Shown here one piece after another: positions 54,388-64,000 of a DNA stretch of 64,000 nt (position 1 is its first letter; every line of letters begins with the position of its first letter). The DNA is taken from NCBI RefSeq assembly GCF_018977255.1, contig NW_024704748.1:27156001-27220000 (forward strand), in the 5' to 3' direction. The notes under the pieces were generated by a model. It was not told where the DNA came from. It was given only the letters and a program-made list of their open reading frames with translations, and did no database searches. The position numbers and the translations under genes were made by a program. Source of the DNA: Callorhinchus milii (lineage: Eukaryota).

Positions 54388-57300
54388 ATGGCGACCTCAG
54401 GCTTGCTGATGGAAGTGTGTGTGGATTCGGTAGAGTCCGCAATCAATGCTGAGAGAGGAGGTATGTGATCAGAGCACGTGAGCTTCACATTACGGGGTTG
54501 GACTCAAAGAGAGAGAATAGGGAACACTTAGCCAGAGAGGCAGAGAGGAGATTTATTTTTGGTCAGCCGGGTGTCTGACACAAGCAGAAACCCATCACCA
54601 TGTTTAAGAGTATCCCAACCAAACTGAGAATTCCCTGCATCCCACATACACATGGAAATTTATTGATGTGGAATACACACACTCTCCCTGGAGGGACGCA
54701 GCCTGCTTACCTAATTCCGGAAAATATTCGGTGCAGGTTGGCCAGAGCCAAGGATTGGCGAGATCCCAGTGTGTGCATTGGCGTAACTGCTGGAGTCTAA
54801 CCAGCTAAGACCTTAAAGCTTGTCATTGAGAGCGCTGTCAATGCTACTGGCAAGCTATACTTGTCATTGGAAGAGAAGGAGGAAAGATTTGGGGAATACC
54901 TGACAACAGGTGGTGACGCCTGGTCCCCCCCCAGAGACGGCACTCAGGGCAGGGCATGTCCACAGCTGCCTAGAGTTTGATATCTCACCTTTCGGCCACA
55001 AAATATACAGTCAATTCACTTTACAGTATATTCTGTGAAGCGCTTTGAGACGTCTTGAAGACCTGATATATATCAAATACAAGGATTAATATCATTATTG
55101 TCCCATTGTTTCCAGGAGCGAGTAGGATCGAGCTGTGCTCCAGCCTGATGGAAGGAGGCACCACCCCCAGCCTAGGTGAGCAACACACAGCGCCACAAGC
55201 TTGTCTGTCTCCCCCTCAACCGGGTGTCTGACACACGCAGAAACCTGTCACCATCTTAAGAGCATGTGAACGAAACTGGGCGTTCTGTGCATTCCACCTA
55301 CACATGGAAATCCCACAGATAGATTGTTGGAATGGAATGCACACTTTCTCCCTGGAGGGACGCATCCTACTTAACTAATTCTGGCCAGTATTAGGCGCAG
55401 GTTGGAAAGAGGCTTGGGGGGCCCTGCTAAAGTCTAACCAGCTAAAACCACATAACCTGCCGTTGATTTAGTCCAGCAAGCTTTCCCACCGCTTGTCCAG
55501 CTAGGACCACCCTACCTGTTAGGGCTTTGGCTTGCAGGGTTAACGGGAACTGAGTGGGAGGATTCCCTTCCCCCAGTGACAGGTTTTAGGCAGCATCACT
55601 TGCCTCAGGGACAGATGTTGTGGCTTCAAGTCCCCACATCAGGGGCTTCGAGCTCATGGTCCAGGCTGATCTCCAGTGTAGCAGTGGGAGATGGGTGGGG
55701 GGAGCACCACATTATCAGAGACATTGCCCTTCAGATGAGACGTTAAACAACAACAACCAATTACATTTGTATAGCACCTTTCACGTCGGGAGGATGTCCC
55801 AAGACATTGAGCTGCCCATCTGTGTCTATTCAGGTGGACGTTAAAGATTCCGCAGCACGGTTGGAAAAGAGAAGGTGTCTTGACTGACAATCCACAGCTA
55901 CCTCAAGATTATGCAAATGGTTGCCATGTTTACCCACAAAAAACACTCTCTATACGTGACAGTAAAGACTCTCTGTGATATTGTGTCTTTTTAGGAGCCA
56001 TTGGTTTAGCGATCTGCTGTGTGTGCTTTGCCCACTCTGTGCTGTCTCACATGCCCTCACACTCTGGTCTCCGCAGGTTTACTGCAGGTGATTAAAAAAT
56101 ACGTGGAAATTCCTGTGTTTGTCATGATCCGCCCGCGCGGAGGGGACTTCCTGTACTCGGACCAGGAGATGGAAGTGATGAAAACTGACATCAAACTGGC
56201 CAAGAGCAGCAGGGCTGACGGGCTGGTCTTCGGGGCCCTGACAGAAGACGGCAGGGTGGACACTGCAGTGTGCATGGAGCTACTGGGTAGGCCAGGCCTG
56301 GGCACCGTGGGCTGGGCAGAGTGGGTGACATTACAGGACTTTGGCGGAAGGAGGTTTGATGGAGTCCTGTCACCTAGTGGTTAGAGCACTCGCCTTGCAA
56401 GCAGAGGATTCGATTCCCGGGAAGGGTGAAACATTGGTCAAGTTTCCTTATTCCATACACCTGTTTACCAACAGTAAGCAAATACCCCCCACCCACACAC
56501 ACACACACCTCACCCCCCCCTCACACACATACCTCACACGCACATATCACACACACACCTCATCCCCCCACACACATACCTCACACACACATACACACAC
56601 CACATAGCTTCTAATCTGTTTCTTTCTACTTTACAGCTGCAGCACGACCCCTGCCTGTGACGTTTCACAGAGGTGAGCAGTGAGCGCAGGGGGCGCGGGA
56701 GGCTCCGTGCTTCTCTGGGATATGTCTGAGGGTGTAACTCGGGCTCTGGAACTCCCTTCCTCACTCCCTTCGCCTCGTTTCCTCTCTTCCTATTTTCAGG
56801 TCTCTGCTGAAGACCTTTCTTTTCGACAGCGCCTTTTGTCACCTTCCTCCCCTTCCCCCTGACCCCTCCCCTTCCCCCGGGCACAGCCCCGGGATCTGTT
56901 ACTGTGAAGCACTCTGAGACACCGTCCGCCGTGGATGGCGCTATATAAATCCAAGTTGCTGTTGTTGTAACTCTTGCCTTTGAGTCAGAAGGCTGTGGGT
57001 TCAAGCCCCATGTCAGGACTCACAATCACATAGTTTAAGCTGCCGCTCCAATGCAGTGCTGGGGGGTGTTGCCTTGTCTGAGATGCCATGCTTCAGGGAG
57101 ACATTAAACCAAGGTCCCGTCTGCCTGTTCAGGTGGACGTTAAGGGAACTATTGGGAAAGAGAAGGGAGTTTCTCTCTCCTGGTGTCCTGGCCAACAATC
57201 CCCCAGATAAAATCGTTCACTCACTCCGTGGCTGTTTGTGAGACACTGCTTATGAAACTGGCTGCCGCATTTCGCCCACAAAATACCCAATCACTGCACT

Positions 57301-60300
57301 TTACAATATCTTCTGTGAAGAGCTTTGAGACGTCTCAAAGACATGATAAGGCGTTATATCAAATGCAAGGATTATTATTATTTGAATTTCCAGCCTTTTG
57401 ACCCCTGAGGCGAGGCGAAGGGAGGGGAGTGTGAGTTGGCCAGTTTGCAGTGTGTATTTGAAGATTGAAGGAGCGAGTGCTGTGAGGTAACCTCTGTGTT
57501 TGTGTCTCCTCTCCTCGCTGTGCTCTTACAGCCTTCGACATGGCCCATTCGGCCTCTCTGGCCCTGGAGTCGCTGATATCCCTGGGGTTTGAGCGGGTGC
57601 TGACCAGCGGCTGTGACAGCTCGGCCCTGGAGGGGCTGCCCACCATCCGCAGGCTGGTGGAGCAGGTCAGTGCGGGGAGGGGGGGGGCCGGGGGGAAGTG
57701 CTGGGGGGTGGGTGGAGCGGGGGCAGAAAATCACTCGACCCCTCAACTATCACCGGCACCCAGTGTAGCAGGAGACACACCACACAGTGAGCTAGAATCA
57801 AAATAATACCATCTGAGCACAGAGGAACAGGAGGAGGCCATTCAGCCCCTCAAGTCTATTAGATCATGGCTGATCTGTACCTCAACTCCAATTATCAGCC
57901 TTTGTCCCATGTCCCTTGATACTCGGACCTAACAAGTATCTATTCACCTCAGTCTTGGAAATGTGAATGGATCCAGCAACCACAGCCTTTTGGGGGAGAG
58001 AGTTCCAGTTTTTTTGTGTAAAATAATGCTTCCTGATTTCAACAACAACAACTTGTATTTATATAGAGCTTCTCACGCAGGGTAGCGTCCCAGAGCGCTT
58101 TACTCCAAAATGGCCTGGCTCTAATTTTAAGAAGATGACTCCTTGTTCTGGATTCTCCCATCAGAGGAGATAGTTTCTCTGTAGCTCCCCTATCAAATCC
58201 CTTTATCCTTTTAAACACTTCAATCAGATCATCCCTCAAACCTTCTAAACTCAAGGGAATACAGACCAAGTTTATGCAACCGGTCCTCGTAATTTAACCA
58301 TTTAAGTCCTGATATCATTCTCACCCTCAGCCCCATAACCCCTCAACCTCGGCCCCTCCCCCTCTACCCCTCACTCTGATCCTCATAAAATCTTACACCA
58401 AGCGCCTAAGATTGTGTGCTTTAACCCTGAACTATCTTTCTTTGTTGCTCTGTGTTTAGGCTAAAGAGAGAATCCTTGTGGTCCCAGGTAATGGCAGCCG
58501 TTCAGTGACTGATGTGTGTTCGTGATTTCGGCTTTGGTGTGGACCAGCTGCCCACTGTCCCCTGTGCTCCCCAGGTGGTGGCATAACAGAGAGGAACGTC
58601 ATGCGTATTCTAGAAGGTTCTGGAGCGCAAGAGTTTCACTGCTCGGCTCGATCCTCAAGAGACTCCGCAATGAAATTCAGGTGAAGTGTAAGCATTGGCT
58701 TTGGGCGTGTGAGATAGCGTGTGTTTGAGATAGGGTGTGTGTGAGAAAGCGTGTGTTTGAGAGAGCGTGTGTTTGAGAGAGCGTGTGTTTGAGAGAGCGT
58801 GTGTTTGAGATAGGGTGTGTGTGAGAAAGCGTGTGTTTGAGAGAGCGTGTGTTTGAGAGAGCGTGTGTTTGAGAGAGCGTGTGTTTGAGAGAGCGTGTGT
58901 TTGAGAGAGCGTGTGTGTGAGAAAGCGTGTGTTTGAGAGAGCGTGTGTTTGAGAGAGCGTGTGTTTGAGAGAGCGTGTGTTTGAGAGAGCGTGTGTTTGA
59001 GAGAGCGTGTGTTTGAGAGAGCGTGTGCTTGAGAGAGCGTGTGTTTGAGAGAGCGTGTGTTTGAGAGAGCGTGTGTTTGAGAAAGCGTGTGTTTGAGAGA
59101 GCGTGTGTTTGAGAGAGCGTGTGTTTGAGAGAGCGTGTGTTTGAGAAAGCGTGTGTTTGAGAAAGCGTGTGTTTGAGAGAGCGTGTGCTTGAGAGAGCGT
59201 GTGTTTGAGAGAGCGTGTGTTTGAGAGAGCGTGTGTTTGAGAAAGCGTGTGTTTGAGAGAGCGTGTGTTTGAGAGAGCGTGTGCTTGAGAGAGCGTGTGC
59301 TTGAGAGAGCGTGTGTTTGAGAGAGCGTGTGTTTGAGAGAGCGTGTGTTTGAGAGAGCGTGTGTTTGAGAGAGCGTGTGTTTGAGAGAGCGTGTGTTTGA
59401 GAGAGCGTGTGCTTGAGAGAGCGTGTGTTTGAGAGAGCGTGTGTTTGAGAGAGCGTGTGTTTGAGAGAGCGTGTGTTTGAGAGAGCGTGTGCTTGAGAGA
59501 GCGTGTGTTTGAGAGAGCGTGTGTTTGAGAGAGCGTGTGCTTGAGAGAGCGTGTGCTTGAGAGAGCGTGTGTTTGAGAGAGCGTGTGTTTGAGAGAGCGT
59601 GTGTTTGAGAGAGCGTGTGTTTGAGAGAGCGTGTGCTTGAGAGAGCGTGTGTTTGAGACATTGTGCATAATATCCTGTGTGTGAGACAAGGTGAATGGTA
59701 TACAGTGTATTGTGTATTATTGCATTGTATATGATGTCATGTGGCGGGGCTGAGTCATGGAATAGAGCGGGGCTGGGTCATGGAATAGAGCGGGGCTGGG
59801 TCATGGGAGGCGGGGCTGATCTGTGGTTGGGGACGGGGCTGAGCTGTGGTTGGGGGCGGGGCTGATCTGTGGTTGGGGGCGGGGCTGATCTGTGGTTGGG
59901 GGCGGGGCTGAGCTGTGGTTGGGGGCGGGGCTGAGCTGTGGTTGGGGACGGGGCTGATCTGTGGTTGAGGGCGGGGCTGAGCTGTGGTTGGGGGCGGGGC
60001 TAATCTGTGGTTGGGGGCGGGGCTGAGCTGTGGTTGGGGGCGGGGCTCACCTGTGGTTGGGGGCGGGGCTGAGCTGTGGTTGGGGGCGGGGCTGAGCTGT
60101 GGTTGGGGGCGGGGCTGATCTGTGGTTGGGGGCGGGGCTGAGCTGTGGTTGGGGCGGGGCTGATCTGTGGTTGGGGGCGGGGCTGATCTGTGGTTGGGGG
60201 CGGGGCTGAGCTGTGGTTGGGGGCGGGGCTGAGCTATGGTTGGGGGCGGGGCTGAACTGGTTAGGGGCGGGGTTGGGTTGGGGCGGGGCTGCTCTGACCC

Positions 60301-60431
60301 CTGGTCTCTCTGTGGGCAGGAATGCGGGGGTTGGGATGGCAGCGCCGATGGCCGCCCCCGAGTACAGTATGAAGGTGGCTGATGTGAACCGTGTGCGGGC
60401 GCTGAACGCCATCGCCAAGAACATGGTGTAG
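54388..60431 (+). CDS. CUTC: Copper homeostasis protein CutC homolog, about 252 aa
   Basis: Exons 54388-54460 (MATSGLLMEVCVDSVESAINAERG), 55116-55175 (ASRIELCSSLMEGGTTPS), 56077-56286 (VFVMIRPRGGDFLYS...ADGLVFGALT), 56637-56672 (PVTFHR), 57532-57665 (FDM...ERVLTSG), 58460-58487, 58575-58680 (GGGIT...EFHCSA), 60320-60431 (TAG). All GT-AG and in phase. Confidence 0.95.
58705..59660. repeat. 16-bp tandem repeat (gagagagcgtgtgttt)n
   Basis: About 60 copies; 16-aa periodicity in the ORF track. Confidence 0.95.
59742..60292. repeat. ~23-bp GC-box tandem repeat (gggggcggggctgagctgtggtt)n
   Basis: About 20 copies ending just before the acceptor of the last CUTC exon. Confidence 0.92.
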
Positions 60432-63000
60432 CCCCCCGTGGGGTGGGGAGCGCGAGAAGCCCCGCACGGTGGTCCCGCGGGGAGCATGGCGATGTGGAAC
60501 GCCGCGGGGGCTGAAGGGAAGAAACCGGGTGATGTTTGTATCTGAGGCTGAGGAACATGGTGACCGGGGCTGCCATCATTAAAGAGCGGAGCTCACACAC
60601 TGGGCCTCACCTCTGTGCCATCTGTGATTTGGGGATGGGTTGGAGTGGGGGGTGCGGAGCTTTGGGGGTGTGAACAGAGGGGCTGTGGGAGAGGGGGTGA
60701 CCACAACCCCAGCTCTCGATTGCCCGTCCACCTGCTCACGCTGCTGTCTGCCATCCCGGAACCCCTCCACTTCATCTCCTCCCTTGCCTCTGAAGACCTT
60801 TTCAACCACGCCTTCGCTCACTCCTCCACCCACCCCCCCTGGGCCTCCACCCCTCCCAACCCACAGCTCGGGTGCAAACCCCCTGACGGTCCAGTGTCTT
60901 ATGATATCCTCCCAACATGAAAAGCGCTGTGTAAATCAATTTGTTGTTGTTGTTGTTGAACGAGAGACTCTTACAATCTGAGGATTGTTTCAATAAACCA
61001 ATTACAAGGCGTCAGTCTCCAGGCTTCGGTTTGTGCCGGGGGAGGAAAGTCCCTCTGTGTATCAGCTGTGAGCGTGCAGAGCAACACTAATTTATCCGAT
61101 TCACCTTTTCTCACCTCTCCCCAAAGTGCTGACTCATTGCTGTTTGGTACCACGGCTATTCACCTCACCAGGGGCAAGGTCTGCCCTGTTCTCTGTCAAC
61201 ACATGCTTTGTCATCCTGACTCCGTTACACTCTCGCCTCCAGATCAGGAATAATATTAACAATCCTTGCATTTGATTCCCGGGCAGGGCAAAATATTTCG
61301 TACACCGCACGCCTCTGTTTACCCAGCAGTAAGTAGGAACCCGGTTGTTATTCAATTGGCGGATCGCTTTCCTGGGTAATAATTCCTTCAAAAAAAATAA
61401 TAATAATAAATTGGTCATTTCAATCCAGGACTGTTTGTGGGACACTGCTGTGCACAATTGGCTGCCATGTTTTGCCCACAAAATATACAGTCAATTCACT
61501 TTACAGTATATTCTGTGAAGCGCTTTGAGATGTCTCGAAGATGTGTTAAAAGGCGCTATATCAAATGCAAGGATTATTATTATTTTTCCTGTAAAGTGTA
61601 GCAACTATGTATTTTTGACAGCCGATTTGCACACAGCGTGAAGTGAACGGACTGATTTTATCCGGGTGATTGTTGGGTCAAAAGAGAAACTCCCTTCCCT
61701 TACCTGAAAATGCGACGGAATCTTTGAGTGACCACTGAACAGGCACACAGATGGGAGCTCGATTTAATATCTCTCCTGTGAAAGGCAGCGTCTCCGACAA
61801 TGCAGCGCTCCCCCCTGCCCCCCGCGCCCCCCAGCACTGCGCTGAGAGTCAGCCTGGACACTATTTCTTATGTTCTTATAGGAAATAACATTATGGGACA
61901 TAGGGAGCTCATGCGATCACCAAGAAGGTGGAAGGCCAACTGGACGGAGCTTGGTCTTTTTTTCATCCAGCATTCCTTATGTTCAAATGTGGTCTCAAAG
62001 TCCCGACTTGAGGTTTGAACATACAACCTTCCGACTTGAGAGAGAGAGAGAGAGAGGACAGAGAGCTACCAATTGACATCGGCTGATAACTTTGAACGAG
62101 ATTGAAGGGTAAAAGTTCGGGATATTTTACCAGCTCATTCCTGATGAAACTCCCAGCAACTAAATTTGTGCGAAGGTTCAATATTGTCAGTGAAGAGCAG
62201 AAAATCCCTCCATAGGATTGAGTTAACAGTAATAATTAACCTCCCGTCTCTGACTACTTCCCCGACCGGCCAAGGTTTACCCGCTGCTGACTGGCCCACT
62301 GTGAGATAGCTGTTAGATGTTTAACTTAAGAACGACTGCTAATGAACTCGGGTAATTGTTTCCTCTCACCCGACCCCCCCAACCGCCCTCCACTGGACAA
62401 CTTAACTGAGAGCAAGTTAAAGATTAACAGACTGATCTGTTATTACTCTGTGACTGACGATGCCCAGTGTCTCTCTCTCACTGATATCCCAATCATCTCT
62501 GGCTCCCGGAACATTCTGTCATCTTTATTCGCTCTTCTTCATCTGCCAAGTCACTGTTGACCATAGTCGGGAGTTATATAAGCGGACAGTCGGCTCGGGA
62601 CCTGCTTTGGCGAGAGAGGAATGTCTTCAGTCTTGGATAAGTACTGTGGCTCCACCTTTTGGGTGAGTAACATTGAGACAGAATATGCAGTGAGTCTGGG
62701 TGTCAGATCGAGGGGTGGAAGATTTTAGTGGACACAGGGTTAGGGGCTTGTTAGGTTCGAGTCCCCACATCAGGGACTTTGAGCTCACAGTCTAGGCTGA
62801 AGCTGGTGAACAGTACATAAGAAGATAAGAATTTGCTGGTGAATGAAGACTGAGGTTCATCTATCTCTTTCCCACCATCCTGGCCGTCGCTTGACATGTC
62901 GTGTCCCCAAACTATATACTGTATCTATCCCCAGATATTATTTTTTAGCAGAAATCAATCTCATTTGTTCTTGAAACAAACAACACATTATTTTTCCACC

Positions 63001-63033
<33 letters not shown>

Positions 63034-64000
63034 CAGGGAGCCTGTTCCACAAGTTTATTGCTCGTTCCCTGAAGTTGTGTCTCCTCAGATTTGTTCTGAA
63101 TTAACCCCCTTCAATTGTAGGATGTGACGTCTGTTTCCACTGTTCAGTACAATATAAAAGAGGTTATCCTGGTCTACATTATCTATTCCTTTCAGAATCT
63201 TAGTCAGGACACTGACAGTATATTAAAATAAAAAACTACAGATTAGAACTTTTCTCCACTTTCCTCCCCCAATGGATGTGGAACACCCAACGAAATGGGA
63301 TTTGGAATCACACAGTCTAAGCTGACGCTCCAGTGCAACACTGGGGGGAGCGCTGCATTAATGGAGATGCTGTCTTTTGGTTGAGACATTAAACCAAGCT
63401 CTGACTGTCTGTGCAGGTGGAAGTTAAAGATCCTGCAGTGATATTGGGGAAAAAAAGGGAGTTTCTCTTTCTCTATCGGTGTTCTGGCCAACAATCCCCC
63501 CAAAAAATTTGGTCACTCACTCCACGGCTGTTTGTGTGACACTGCTGTGCGCAACTGGCTACCGCGTTTCGCCCACAAAATATACAATCACTACACTTAC
63601 AATACATCCTGTGAAGCGCTTTGAGACGGATCAATGATGCAATAAGGTGTTATATCAAATACAAGGATTATTATTTTATTATATTAAGTTACAAAGATCG
63701 TGTGTATCAAAGATAATGAAGGGAGGGAATGGGAGGGAGGAGACACGCACAGATTTCATTATAGTTTGGATGAAAACAAGGGAGTTTCTTTCTCCCAGTA
63801 TCCCTGCCGATCTTGCTCTACACATAAACAAGCCACTTATCTCATCGCTCTGGGTATGACCCCGAGCACAGATTACTGCTGCCTGAGCAGAAACTAATCA
63901 CTACACTCCACACTATGTGAGACACTTTTAGACAATGACATTATAATAATAATAAATAATAATACTGGCGTTTGATACGGTGCCTTAACGTGTCATCGAG

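Noticed and set aside
58636-59689. 341-344-aa periodic ORFs (also 49117-50142, 36959-37586, 59755-60600, 804-1256)
   Set aside because: They are stop-free frames of tandem repeats in introns or flanks, and their periodicity equals the DNA unit length.
61000-64000. Possible further gene downstream of CUTC
   Set aside because: Only SINE and CR1 fragments and short non-homologous ORFs are present; I recognised no exon.

Overview
Vertebrate genomic DNA, most likely from a cartilaginous fish. This is inferred from abundant Deu-domain tRNA-derived SINEs, L2 and CR1 LINE fragments and shark-type minisatellites. Five intron-containing genes were reconstructed by hand from splice sites and translation. 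They are PI4K2A (minus; exons 2-9 present, exon 1 not visible), HPS1, an ST3GAL5-like sialyltransferase (probably st3gal7; minus), COX15 (minus) and CUTC (plus, head-to-head with COX15). PI4K2A, HPS1, COX15 and CUTC all map to human 10q24. The main anomaly is that HPS1 is split between strands: coding exons 1-4 are on the minus strand (11842->9842) and exons 5-17 on the plus strand (16276->26817). As assembled, HPS1 exons 1-4 lie in phase upstream of PI4K2A exon 2. The block contains two N gaps, so a local mis-assembly is at least as likely as a real inversion. Other notable items are a U12-type AT-AC intron in HPS1, a tandemly duplicated 5' coding exon in the sialyltransferase, a long hairpin in the last COX15 intron and an unclassified ~400-bp repeat family. 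No rRNA, true tRNA gene or CRISPR array was found. Most long ORFs in the supplied track are translations of tandem repeats.
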